From contig OZ253484.1 in the NCBI GenBank assembly GCA_965261825.1, positions 65,184 through 129,183 of the forward strand: a stretch of DNA of 64,000 nt. Direction: 5' to 3'. A model generated the notes under the pieces. The model was not told the origin of the DNA. It did not search any database and saw only the letters and a list, made by a program, of their open reading frames with translations. The translations under genes were made by a program, and so were the position numbers. The stretch comes from Dehalococcoidia bacterium. Its GTDB lineage: Bacteria > Chloroflexota > Dehalococcoidia > Lucifugimonadales > QGNO01. Of the stretch, positions 8,125 to 17,440 are shown one piece after another. Each line of letters opens with the position of its first letter. The first letter of the stretch is position 1.

Positions 8125-9384
8125 ATGATTACCTCGGTCCGGCTGGTCAACTTCAAGAGCTTCGCAGACGAAACACTGCGCGTGGGTCCCTTCACCGTGA
8201 TAGTGGGAGCCAACGCCAGCGGCAAGAGCAACGTCCGGGACGCCTTCCGCTTCCTGCACGGCATAGGCCGAGGCTACACTCTGGCGGAGATTCTGGGCGG
8301 TAAGTACGGCGAGGGTGGGTACAGAGAATGGTACGGCATACGCGGAGCTCCGGGGGAAATCAGTCGCTTCGTAAAAACGTTGGAACCCAAACTAAGCGAC
8401 TTCTCTGTCCAGATAGAGCTTGTCTCGGGAAAGCGGAGGATTTTCTACTCTATCGAGGTTCGATTCAACCTGAGAAGGCCAGATAGGTTCCGAGTTCGGG
8501 AAGAAGAGCTAAGAGTCGGATCCCAGGTCATATACAAGACATTAAGAGGATATAAGGGTTCGAAATTGGCAGTCCTCATGGGGGGAGATAGTGAGCGTCG
8601 AGTTATGCTCAGTCGGATCCAACCCGTGTTGACACAACGCTGGGGATCTCGCTTTTGGACTTCAAAGTACGAGCAATACGTTCGCGAAGTTTACTCAACG
8701 CTTGAGAGTATGCGATTTCTGGAGTTGGTTCCTGAGCGGATGCGGGAGCCCGCCTTCCCCGGAGCCGCGGTTTTGGGCGACAGCGGCGAAAATTTGCCAA
8801 CCGTGCTTGAGGCAATCTGCGCTGATTCCGCGCAAAGAGACGTACTCATATCGTGGGCGCAGGAGCTTACGCCTATGGACGTAAAGGACCTGCTGTTTCC
8901 CCGTGACCCCAGTGGAAAGGTACATCTCCAAATCATTGAGCGCAGTGGGCGCAAAGTATCGGCCTACAGCGCTTCAGACGGAACGATGCGTTTTCTCGGG
9001 ATGCTAGCCGCGCTGTTCAGCCCGGATCCGGCTAAGACTTACTTCTTTGAGGAGATAGACAACGGCATACACCCAAACCGTCTGTGGCTCCTGTTGGAAC
9101 TGATTGAACGGCAGAGCGCAAAGAACGGCATACAGGTCATCACCACCACACACTCCCCGGATATGCTGCATTTCATCGACGACACCACCTTTGAGAATAC
9201 GTCCATAACCTACCGCGACGAGAAATCCGCGGACTCCATAATCAGGCCTGTAGCGGAACTGCCAAATGCCAGGGAGTTGCGGAAGTCCCAAGGCCTAGGC
9301 AGGCTGCATACAAGCGGCTGGATGGAGACGGCCCTGGCCTTCACGGAAGGCGGGTATGACGAGGATTCAGAGGACGGAGAATGA
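8125..9384 (+). CDS. ABC/AAA_21-type ATPase (OLD/PARIS AriA-like)
   Basis: The real start is probably ATG 8125 (MITSVRLVNFKSF). Walker A GANASGKSN, Walker B-like YFFEEIDNGIHP, H-loop TTHSPDML. Confidence 0.8.
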   Translation: MITSVRLVNFKSFADETLRVGPFTVIVGANASGKSNVRDAFRFLHGIGRGYTLAEILGGKYGEGGYREWYGIRGAPGEISRFVKTLEPKLSDFSVQIELVSGKRRIFYSIEVRFNLRRPDRFRVREEELRVGSQVIYKTLRGYKGSKLAVLMGGDSERRVMLSRIQPVLTQRWGSRFWTSKYEQYVREVYSTLESMRFLELVPERMREPAFPGAAVLGDSGENLPTVLEAICADSAQRDVLISWAQELTPMDVKDLLFPRDPSGKVHLQIIERSGRKVSAYSASDGTMRFLGMLAALFSPDPAKTYFFEEIDNGIHPNRLWLLLELIERQSAKNGIQVITTTHSPDMLHFIDDTTFENTSITYRDEKSADSIIRPVAELPNARELRKSQGLGRLHTSGWMETALAFTEGGYDEDSEDGE

Positions 9385-9938
9385 AAGTCCTTATCATCCC
9401 GGAGGACTTTCGAAAGGATCAGCACATTTTGAAGCCTCTTTTCTCCCGGCTGTTGAGAGAAATAGGCGCATCCAGCATCCGCGTTGAGATTTGCAGGGAT
9501 CACCTGATGGGCGGCGTCGGAGAGGCGTTGAAATCGGAACGCCTGAATGAAGTCGTGGAACGGCATAGAGGAATGACGGACATTTTCATACTGTGCGTAG
9601 ATAGGGATGGGAAAACCGGGAGGCGTCAGAGGCTTGACCAGCTTCAAGACCACTTTGGCCCTACCTTCCTTGCCGAGAACGCCTGGGAGGAGATTGAGAC
9701 CTGGGCTCTGGCAGGACTGGATTTGCCCGGCGACTGGCGTTGGCAGGAGGTTCGCGCAGAAGTTGACGTGAAAGAGCGGTACTTCGAACCGTTTGCCCGC
9801 CAGCGCGGCCTGTCCGGCACGCCCGCCGGCGGGCGTGAGGCGCTGGGCAAGGAGGCCGCGCGCAATATCGACACCATCCTGCAGAAGTGCCCGGAGGACT
9901 TTGGCTCGCTGGCCCAGCGGCTGGAGGCCGCGGTCTAA
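9381..9938 (+). CDS. small Toprim-like partner protein (DUF4276/DUF4435-like)
   Basis: 185 aa. Its start overlaps the ATPase stop (ATGA). N-terminal acidic strand VLIIPED and a DxD-type motif LCVDRDG resemble split Toprim. Exact family undetermined. Confidence 0.5.
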   Translation: MKVLIIPEDFRKDQHILKPLFSRLLREIGASSIRVEICRDHLMGGVGEALKSERLNEVVERHRGMTDIFILCVDRDGKTGRRQRLDQLQDHFGPTFLAENAWEEIETWALAGLDLPGDWRWQEVRAEVDVKERYFEPFARQRGLSGTPAGGREALGKEAARNIDTILQKCPEDFGSLAQRLEAAV

Positions 9939-10044
9939 TCGCGGAGAAAGCAGGGTTAGCATGGTAGGTTCGGTTCACGAACCGCCCCTAGAAGCCACCC
10001 ACCCGCCGGATTGCTTCGGTTACTGGCAATGACGGAGGTGTGGG

Positions 10045-10107
10045 GGATGCTTCGTCGGCGGGGGTGGTTAAGGGCTAAGGGGGTTTGACCGACTCCTCAG
10101 CATGACA
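10045..10107. repeat. REP family A element
   Basis: GGATGCTTCGTCGGCGGGGGTGG...GACCGACTCCTCAGCATGACA. Confidence 0.8.
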
Positions 10108-10163
10108 GTGGGGCTTGTCCTCTGTTGCAGAATGTGGGCGAAGGGGCGGTTCGAGAACCGCCC

Positions 10164-11483
10164 CTACAGAACGGGGAGGCGTTCCGTGAGGACGGCTACT
10201 AGTTCCGGAATGGGGACGCGGACCTGTTCCATGGTGTCGCGGTCGCGGATGGTAACGGCGTCGTCCTCTTCCACGGTCTGAAAATCTACGGTGACGCAGA
10301 TGGGGGTGCCGATCTCGTCCTGACGGCGGTAGCGGCGACCGATGCTCTGGGAATCGTCGTACTGGGCGACGAAGCGGTCGTTGACCATATCGAAGACCTC
10401 TCTTGCCCTGGGCACGAGCTTCTCGTTACGAGATAGGGGTAGGACGGCCACTTTGACGGGTGCGATGACGGGGTGCAGCTTGAGGACGACTCGCTGTTCC
10501 ATCTTGCCTTTACCGGTGGGGGCCTGTTCCTCTTTGTAGGCGTCGGCCAAGAAGGCAAGGAAGGGGCGGTCTACTCCTGCGGAAGGCTCGATGACGTAGG
10601 GGTGGTAGTGCTCTTGGGCGTCGTCGTCAAAGTAGGTGAGGTCAACGCCGCTGGCCTGTGAGTGCGCCTTGAGGTCGTAGTCGGTGCGGCTGGCGATTCC
10701 CTGGATTTCGCCCCAGCCCCAGGGGAACCGGTACTCGATGTCGTAAGTGGCCTTGGCGTAGTGGGCAAGCTCATCAGGGGCATGCTGACGGATACGCAGG
10801 TTGTCTTTGGAGATGCCTGCGCCGACGAACCAGTCGAGGCAGTCCTTTACCCACATGTCAAGCCACTCCTCGTCGGTGCCTGGCTTGACGAAGTATTCGA
10901 TCTCCATCTGCTCGAACTCACGGGTGCGGAAGATGAAGTTGCCCACGGTAATCTCGTTGCGGAACGCCTTGCCTATCTGCGCGATGCCGAAGGGCAGCTT
11001 CTTGCGCGTGGAGTTGAGGACGTTGAGGAAGTTGACGAAGATGCCCTGCGCGGTCTCCGGTCGGAGGTAGGTCTGAGAGGCGTCCTCCTCTACGGGGCCA
11101 AGGAAGGTCTTGAGCATGAGGTTGAACATGCGGGGGTCTGTGAAGGTACCGCCGCAGTCAGGGCAGGCGTCCGACTCCAACTGGTCGGCGCGGAAGCGAT
11201 GGTGACACTCCCTGCACTCGACCAGTGAATCAGCGAATCCGGCGGAAGTGTGGCCGGAGGCGTCCCAGACCTGGGGCGCCATGAGGATGGCGGCGTCGAG
11301 GCCGACCATGTCGGCGCGCTTGTGGACGAATGTGCGCCACCAGTGATCCTTGATGTTGCGTCGCATCTCGACGCCGAGGGGGCCGTAGTCGTAGGTGGAG
11401 GCGAGACCGCCGTAGATTTCGCTGGACTGGAACACGAAGCCGCGGCGCTTGGCGAGGGATACTATGGTATTGAGGTCTGTCAT
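10164..11483 (-). CDS. glyQS: glycine--tRNA ligase (dimeric class II type)
   Basis: From ATG 11481-11483: MTDLNTIVSLAKRRGFVFQSSEIYGGLASTYDYGPLGVEMRRNIKDHWW is a typical GlyRS N-terminus. The upstream 35 codons of the ORF are probably not translated. Confidence 0.9.
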   Translation of the reverse strand: MTDLNTIVSLAKRRGFVFQSSEIYGGLASTYDYGPLGVEMRRNIKDHWWRTFVHKRADMVGLDAAILMAPQVWDASGHTSAGFADSLVECRECHHRFRADQLESDACPDCGGTFTDPRMFNLMLKTFLGPVEEDASQTYLRPETAQGIFVNFLNVLNSTRKKLPFGIAQIGKAFRNEITVGNFIFRTREFEQMEIEYFVKPGTDEEWLDMWVKDCLDWFVGAGISKDNLRIRQHAPDELAHYAKATYDIEYRFPWGWGEIQGIASRTDYDLKAHSQASGVDLTYFDDDAQEHYHPYVIEPSAGVDRPFLAFLADAYKEEQAPTGKGKMEQRVVLKLHPVIAPVKVAVLPLSRNEKLVPRAREVFDMVNDRFVAQYDDSQSIGRRYRRQDEIGTPICVTVDFQTVEEDDAVTIRDRDTMEQVRVPIPELVAVLTERLPVL

Positions 11484-11595
11484 GTGCTCCTGGAACCGGT
11501 CAGGCGAGACTTCAAATAGGCTAACGGTTAATGGGGGATACGTAAAGGGCGTTGCTGGGCGGACGTGGGGGCATGGGCGTGCGGGCAACTACGGC

Positions 11596-11790
11596 CTGGA
11601 TGCTTCGTCGGCGGGGGCGGTTTTAGGGCGAACGGGGTTCAACCGACTCCTCATGCTTCGTCGGCGGTGGTGGTTTGACGTCGAAACGGGTCTAACCGAC
11701 TCCTCAGCATGACAAGCCGCCCTGCCCCTGGGTTCCCGTTCCCCAATCGTGGTTGGGGACAAGCTGCGCGGGAAAGACGGTGTGGGCATG
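11596..11790. repeat. composite REP array (family A, 1.5 copies, plus family B hairpin)
   Basis: CTGGATGCTTCGTCGGCGG...CTCCTCATGCTTCGTCGGCGG...CTCCTCAGCATGACA, then CCCCTGGGTTCCCG...GCGCGGGAAAGACGGTGTGGG. Confidence 0.8.
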
Positions 11791-11813
11791 CGGGCAAGGG
11801 GTACGGCAGATGT

Positions 11814-12530
11814 TCAGCCTTGCGTTGCCGGGTTGGGAAGGGCGCTTCCTAGTGGGAGAAACCTGTACTCAGCCACGGTGCTCTGTTCCTCTAGAACACC
11901 GTCTTCGTAGCGGGATTCGCTACGGAGCAGCGGGGCATTCTCCACCACCTCTATCCTGCGCGTCTCTCCGTCATCATACTCACGTTCGAATATCAGGCTT
12001 GTCCTACCGTTGAGCGTCCCCCGCCCCTTGAACTCCCAGCCTGGCCTCTGAAGCGACAGCATGGCATCCCAATACGGACTCAACGTACCCTCAATATCAG
12101 AGAGGAACTCCGGCGGCAGAGGGAGAATCATCCCGGCCACAAGATCCGTGTGGGTCACGGTCCCGTCGTCATGAAGCTCCACATACCCCAACAGGTTACC
12201 CTCGAGGTCACGCACCGTTGAGGCCATCGCTACTCTCTGACCCTGTTCGTCCGCGACCATCCACGCCTCAACTATGGTGGTCTGGGGATGTGATCCACGC
12301 GATTCGAAAACCACGGGGTCCTTCTTGTATCTCACCGTCTTGAAATACAAAGGCCGTCCCTGGCGGATGCCTTCCAACAGCGCCTGCTTGTTCTGCTCTG
12401 CGGATGCCGCGATTTCGGGGGTAGTGGCCGGGTTGTTCCCACCCAACTGCGAGAGTCCTATCCAGGCAGCGGCGCCAAGGACCAGTATCAGCACTCCGGC
12501 TACTCCTAGTTGGGCTATTCTCGTCTTCAT
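11814..12530 (-). CDS. hypothetical membrane-anchored/secreted protein
   Basis: 238-aa ORF with N-terminal hydrophobic helix MKTRIAQLGVAGVLILVLGAAAWIG. No known motif. Confidence 0.5.
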   Translation of the reverse strand: MKTRIAQLGVAGVLILVLGAAAWIGLSQLGGNNPATTPEIAASAEQNKQALLEGIRQGRPLYFKTVRYKKDPVVFESRGSHPQTTIVEAWMVADEQGQRVAMASTVRDLEGNLLGYVELHDDGTVTHTDLVAGMILPLPPEFLSDIEGTLSPYWDAMLSLQRPGWEFKGRGTLNGRTSLIFEREYDDGETRRIEVVENAPLLRSESRYEDGVLEEQSTVAEYRFLPLGSALPNPATQG

Positions 12531-12638
12531 GATGAGAAAGTATCGTAAGAGTTACACCATGTAAAGGAGGGTGCTTGGGCATACGGGCATACGGGCATGC
12601 GAGCAGGGGGGCAAAGGGGGCAAGGGGGGAACTACGGC

Positions 12639-12702
12639 CTGGATGCTTCGTCGGCGGAGGTGGATGAAGGCTAAGGGGTTTGACCGACTCCTCAGCATGA
12701 CA
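12639..12702. repeat. REP family A element
   Basis: CTGGATGCTTCGTCGGCGGAGGTGGATGAAGGCTAAGGGGTTTGACCGACTCCTCAGCATGACA, preceded by a G-rich GGGCATACGGGCA tract. Confidence 0.8.
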
Positions 12703-12793
12703 GACTGCTCTGCATCGCCTCGCCGCTTCATGTTGACAGGGTATGGGCTGGTCACTAGGATGCGGGCAAATTGAATCAGGGAGGAGCCTCATA

Positions 12794-13615
12794 GTGACTA
12801 CAATTGACTATGCTCATCCGGAAATGCTAGTGGATACGGAGTGGCTGGCGTCGCATTTGGACGACCCCAACATGGTTATAGTGGACTGCGATCTTCCGGA
12901 CGCTTACAACCGGGCGCACATTCCGGGAGCGGTGAACCTGGGAGACAACCACTATATCAAGGGCGACGATGGTGTGAACGTGATGCCATTGGAGCAGGCG
13001 TCGGATTTCCTGGGCAATCTTGGCATTGGAGACGAAACTTTGGTGGTGGCCTACAGCGGCAGGTTTTCAATATACGCGGCGAGGCTGTGGTGGGTGCTGA
13101 GCTACTACGGGCACACAAAAGTGAAGGTGCTGAACGGGGGATGGCGAAAGTGGATGGGGGAGGGGCGCGCCATGACGGATAGGCCAAGCACCCCTGAGCC
13201 GAGGCGGTTCAGGCCAAAGGCGGATCCTTCTCTCATAGTGGAAGCCGGCGAGTTGAAGACGGCTATTGGCAAAGAGGGGACGATTATCTGGGATACAAGG
13301 TCAGCGGAGGAGTTCAGCGGGGAGAACAGCAGGGGCAACAAGTACAGCGGCCACATTCCAGGCGCGGCACACCTGGAATGGAGCGACGTTATGGACAGCG
13401 AATCGGGGGAGTTCAGGCCTGCGGATGAGATCAGGTCAATGCTGTCTGAGAAGGGGGTGACGCCTGAGCAGCAGGTGTACACGCACTGACAGGCGGGCAT
13501 CCGTGCGGCGCACGGAGTGTTCACCCTGAAGCTGCTGGGGTACGAGAATGCGGCGAACTACGATGCGTCTTTCGCGGAGTGGGCTAACGAGGAGGGGTAT
13601 CCGCTGGAGAGGTAG
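12794..13615 (+). CDS. two-domain rhodanese (thiosulfate/3-mercaptopyruvate sulfurtransferase-like) with in-frame TGA at the catalytic Cys position
   Basis: GTG 12794 after GGAGGAG. Typical N-terminus LVDTEWLASHLDDPNMVIVDC. The ORF stops at TGA 13487-13489 (..VYTH*), but the same frame continues QAGIRAAHGVFTLKLLGYENAANYDASFAEWANEEGYPLER to TAG 13613-13615. Together this restores the active-site loop C/U-QAGIRA. Confidence 0.7.
13500..13516 (+). promoter_or_regulatory. hairpin 11 nt downstream of the in-frame TGA (candidate bacterial SECIS)
   Basis: TCCGTGC-GGC-GCACGGA is a perfect 7-bp stem. The G-rich apical loop starts 18 nt after the UGA. Confidence 0.35.
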
Positions 13616-13727
13616 GGGGAAGGGAATTCGTGCCATGGTCAGAGTTCTGCGATCAAGATTGGAAATACTCAATCTACGGTTACACGGGGCAGTGGGCGTG
13701 CTAAGCTAAGTATCTCGTAATGCAACA

Positions 13728-14750
13728 GTGACGCTCACTAATTCTGTGTCTCTAGTAAGCCAGGATGTTGTTATGGGAAACTCGTACCGTGCCGTACCAC
13801 CATTGATGGTAGCGGCGGTAGTCACGGTCTTGTTATTGGGAATCGCGGGCTGCCGATCAAACTTCCGCGAAACTATTAGTCCAACTGCGGATATACCTAC
13901 GGAGACGGTTGTATCAGTTGCCTCTAGTCCAACCGCGGATATACCTGCGGAGACGGTTGTGCCAAATAATTCTTCTCCGGACGGTGGAGGCTATGCAGGG
14001 GAAGTAGACGTTGTTTTGGGCAGGGCGGTGCTACAGCCTAACGGGTGGGTGACTGTATTCTATGTTGCGAGGAATTCAGATGAGGAGTTCGAAGGATCCA
14101 TCCTAATCTACGGTGCGGGAATGGAAACCTCGGGTGGCGGCTCGCGGCTCACTGAAGGCTATGGCACGTTGCTGAACTGGCCACCTCTTACTTTGGGATG
14201 GCTGACGTTTCTAGTGGCCGATGCCTCCCCAGGGAGTTTCAAAGTATCAGTGAAAAGTGTTCAAGTCGACGGCAGTCACTTGACGGGGTCATGGCAGTTG
14301 GCGCAGCTCAGCGGCTTCGAGGCCAGGCGCGATGTGTCGGAACCAATTGTCATAGAATCAGGACTGTGCGTCAGTGCAGGCAGTGTGGCAATCGGCTTTC
14401 ACGAACACGCCTGTGCGACAGAGTTCGTTGATCCACACAGTTTGCGCGAGAAGGAGGACAATTCGGTCTCCACGCCTGTCACACCACGTCCCACGCCTAC
14501 ACCAAGGCAAATCTCTACTCGACCACCTGCTACTTCCACTCCTCCAGACACTACATTGCACGGTGGAGATATCAGTTTGACATTCGACCTCTGCACCCCT
14601 TGGCACTTCTTGGTGCAAGTGGGAATTGATCGATCGTCTACACCGATTGTGGGTTCCACCGGACCTTCAACAAGCATTCGATGTGTGCTTCCAGAGGATG
14701 AAGCCATCAGTTGGACGACTCTTGAACTTCTGGAACAACCTAGACTTTAG
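13728..14750 (+). CDS. hypothetical lipoprotein
   Basis: 340-aa ORF with lipobox-like LLLGIAGC. Internal direct repeat SPTADIP(T/A)ETVV. Pro/Thr-rich linker. AT-richer than its neighbours. Start uncertain (13728 or ATG 13773). Confidence 0.5.
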   Translation: MTLTNSVSLVSQDVVMGNSYRAVPPLMVAAVVTVLLLGIAGCRSNFRETISPTADIPTETVVSVASSPTADIPAETVVPNNSSPDGGGYAGEVDVVLGRAVLQPNGWVTVFYVARNSDEEFEGSILIYGAGMETSGGGSRLTEGYGTLLNWPPLTLGWLTFLVADASPGSFKVSVKSVQVDGSHLTGSWQLAQLSGFEARRDVSEPIVIESGLCVSAGSVAIGFHEHACATEFVDPHSLREKEDNSVSTPVTPRPTPTPRQISTRPPATSTPPDTTLHGGDISLTFDLCTPWHFLVQVGIDRSSTPIVGSTGPSTSIRCVLPEDEAISWTTLELLEQPRL

Positions 14751-14790
14751 GAACAAAGCCGTGCCTGCCAGGGCACTGATTGCAACTACA

Positions 14791-15426
14791 TTGGCTTCAA
14801 GTGAACTAATAGCGAAGAAGATAGTGGTTGGCTCCATGTCGGAGAACACCTATCTCGTAGGTTCGAAAGAGTCGGGAGAGTGCATACTGATCGATCCCGG
14901 GGCGCAGGCTGACCTGATACTGCAAGAAGTGGAAGAGGCCGGGCTCAGAGTGGTGCTGATGGTGAATACGCACGGCCACGGAGACCACAACGGGGCGATA
15001 AAGGAGATCAAGGAGAGGACAGGAGCGGAGTTCAGGATTCACCAAGCAGACGTGCGGGTCATGGCGGCGAGCATGTCGTGGGCGCCGATGATGATAGCGG
15101 GCTACCAGATGCCGCCACCGCCTGACGGCTTTCTAAATGACGGCGATGAACTGCGTGTGGGGGGAGTAATGCTGATGGTGCTGGAGACTCCGGGTCATAC
15201 GCCGGGGTCGGTGTGCTTTTATGGGGAAGGGATGGTGTTTACCGGCGACACGCTGTTCAAAGGAAGCATCGGCCGCTTCGATATGGACGGTGGTAGCGGG
15301 CCTCAACTGCTTGGGAGCATCGAGTCACGGCTGCTAACGCTGCCTGACGATACGGTGGTGATGCCAGGTCACGGCGAGGGATCTACGATAGGCGATGAGA
15401 GGCGGAATAACCCGTTCTTGCGGTAG
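14791..15426 (+). CDS. MBL-fold metallo-hydrolase (glyoxalase II-like)
   Basis: KKIVVGSMSENTYLVG first strand and HGHGDHNGA (HxHxDH) motif. The start is not an ATG in the conserved region: TTG 14791 or GTG 14761 is plausible, and ATG 14836 would clip strand 1. Confidence 0.8.
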   Translation: MASSELIAKKIVVGSMSENTYLVGSKESGECILIDPGAQADLILQEVEEAGLRVVLMVNTHGHGDHNGAIKEIKERTGAEFRIHQADVRVMAASMSWAPMMIAGYQMPPPPDGFLNDGDELRVGGVMLMVLETPGHTPGSVCFYGEGMVFTGDTLFKGSIGRFDMDGGSGPQLLGSIESRLLTLPDDTVVMPGHGEGSTIGDERRNNPFLR

Positions 15427-15622
15427 GGGGCGCTCTCCCCGCCGCCTGGATTCCCGTGTCGAGCACGGGAATGACGGTGGGGGTGCAATGACTAGTGGGG
15501 GTGACTGGCTCGCAATGACGAACGGGGGCGGTTGGAGGCTGGCAACGGTGTTCGATCGCTGCGCTCAGAATGACAGTGGAGGGCGCTCAGAATGAAACAT
15601 TTCATTGGAATAGGAGGAGACC

Positions 15623-15986
15623 ATGCCAATAGATAGCAGGTACTTTTTGCTTACCAGAATGGACGTGGAGCCAGGCAAGGAGGACGTGTTCAACGAGGTA
15701 TATGACCAGGAGCACGTGCCGGAGCTGTTGAAGGTGCCCGGAGTGCTCTCGGCGGTGCGGTTCAAGAGGTTTCCCAAAGTGGAGATAGCAATTTGGCGGG
15801 GGACTGCAGGTGTACGAGCATAGCGATGAGCCTTCCTACGCGGCGCTGTACGAGCTGGAGAGCCCGGATGTGCTGAAGGGTGATGATTGGGCCAAAGCGG
15901 TGGAGCTTGGCAGATGGCCGGAGCAGGTTAGGCCGTACACCAGAAACAGACGTCAGGTGCTGTACGGGCCTTTACTGGGGGGTTAA
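15623..15986 (+). pseudogene. small dimeric alpha/beta-barrel (EthD/DUF4286-like) protein, frameshifted
   Basis: Frame 1 MPIDSRYFLLTRMDVEPGKEDVFNEVYDQEHVPELLKVPGVLSAVRF... ends at 15823. A second frame opens at 15789 and reads GGGLQVYEHSDEPSYAALYELESPDVLKGDDWAKAVELGRWPEQVRPY to TAA 15984-15986. The shift lies within GCAATTTGGCGGGGGA. Confidence 0.45.
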
Positions 15987-15988
15987 GC

Positions 15989-17422
15989 ATGGCTGACATA
16001 CTGGTTGCCGGTGGATGGGTGATAACGATGGACCCGGATCGGAGGGTTATTGAGAACGGCGCGGTGGCAATAGGGGGCGACCGCATACTGGAGGTGGGGT
16101 CGAAGGGGGATGTGGAGGCCAGGCACCAGGCAAGCAGGGTGATAGACGCAAGGGGCAAGGTGGTTATGCCAGGGCTGATAGACGGGCACGGCCACGCGGG
16201 TCACAGCCTGGTGAAGACCTTGGGAGTGGGCCGTCCGGGGGTATGGGCAGAGACTGCCGACCGCATATACGCCGAGGCCACGGACGAGGAGTACTGGTAC
16301 GCGGATGCGCTGCTCACGTCGTTGGAGCGGCTGAAATTCGGAGTGACTGCGGGCGTCACCTTTCTTGGTGGCGGGACTATGGTGGTCCGCACGGACAGTC
16401 CCGTTTACGGAGAGCGGCACTGCGAGGCGGTGGAGCGCATGGGGACTCGGGAGTTTCTAGCGGTGGGGCCAAGCAACGCGCCTTATCCAAGAAGGTACGT
16501 GGAATGGGACGGGGGAAGACGCATTGAGAGGATGGTGGGGTTCGAGGATTACCTTGCCACCAGCGAATCGCTGATAGAGAGGTGGCATGGCGGGGCGGAG
16601 GGTCGGATGAGATTGATGATGATGCTGCCGGTGCACAACCCGGAAGGCGGGCGCGTCGATTTAGGAGAACTCAAGGCCCAGGCGGACGTTGTCAGGTCGT
16701 TGACCAGGAAACACAAGGTGATGTTCGCTCAGGACGGGCACTCCAGGGGCACGGTTAAATTTGCCCATGAGCAGCTGGGCATACTGGGGCCGGATGCTTT
16801 GCTATCGCACTCCACGGGGTTGACGGACGAGGAGATAGAGATCTGCCGGGAGACGGACACCAAGATAGTGCACAACCCCAGCGCGGTGGCGGCGATAATG
16901 GCTCGATGCCCGGTGCCCGAGCTGATAGATGCGGGGGTGACGGTGATACTCGGCTCCGACGGGAATGCCCCGGATAGGGGCTTTGATATGTTCAGGCATA
17001 TGTTCCAGTGCATGCACTACCAGAGAACGCACTTTCACGATCCTTCCTATATGCCGCAGGGCAAGGTCCTGGAGATGGTAACCATAGATTCGGCGAGGGC
17101 GCTGGGCGTGGAGAACGATCTGGGGTCGCTGGAGGCGGGCAAGAAGGCGGACCTGATCTTGATCGACATGGAGAAGCCGCATCTCTATCCGTCCAATATG
17201 CCGGTGTACCGCATCACCAATTTCGCCAGCGGGCATGATGTGGATACGGTGATAGTGGACGGGAAGGTGCTGATGGAGGGGCGCGTGGTGACGGAGGTGA
17301 GCGAGGCGGAGGTGCTGGAGCTGGCTCAAGGGGCAACGGAGAGGATGCTGGATAGGGCAGGTGTGAGAGACCTGCTGGAGCTGCCGGAGGGTTTCTGGGG
17401 GAAGAGCAGATACCCTGCGTAG
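15989..17422 (+). CDS. amidohydrolase-family protein (nucleoside/aminohydrolase-like)
   Basis: 477 aa. MADILVAGGWVITMDPDRRVIENGAVAIGGDRILEVG, metal site PGLIDGHGHAGHS, C-terminal ADLILID. Confidence 0.85.
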   Translation: MADILVAGGWVITMDPDRRVIENGAVAIGGDRILEVGSKGDVEARHQASRVIDARGKVVMPGLIDGHGHAGHSLVKTLGVGRPGVWAETADRIYAEATDEEYWYADALLTSLERLKFGVTAGVTFLGGGTMVVRTDSPVYGERHCEAVERMGTREFLAVGPSNAPYPRRYVEWDGGRRIERMVGFEDYLATSESLIERWHGGAEGRMRLMMMLPVHNPEGGRVDLGELKAQADVVRSLTRKHKVMFAQDGHSRGTVKFAHEQLGILGPDALLSHSTGLTDEEIEICRETDTKIVHNPSAVAAIMARCPVPELIDAGVTVILGSDGNAPDRGFDMFRHMFQCMHYQRTHFHDPSYMPQGKVLEMVTIDSARALGVENDLGSLEAGKKADLILIDMEKPHLYPSNMPVYRITNFASGHDVDTVIVDGKVLMEGRVVTEVSEAEVLELAQGATERMLDRAGVRDLLELPEGFWGKSRYPA

Positions 17423-17440
17423 GGGGAGAGGGTCAGCGCG

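Noticed and set aside
10143-10164. GGGGCGGTTCGAGAACCGCCCC, which is T-arm-like (GGTTCGA), considered as a tRNA fragment or att site. A related copy lies at about 9970-9990.
   Set aside because: There is no acceptor, D or anticodon arm around it. It is a simple palindrome overlapping the glyQS stop, probably another small REP or terminator-like hairpin.
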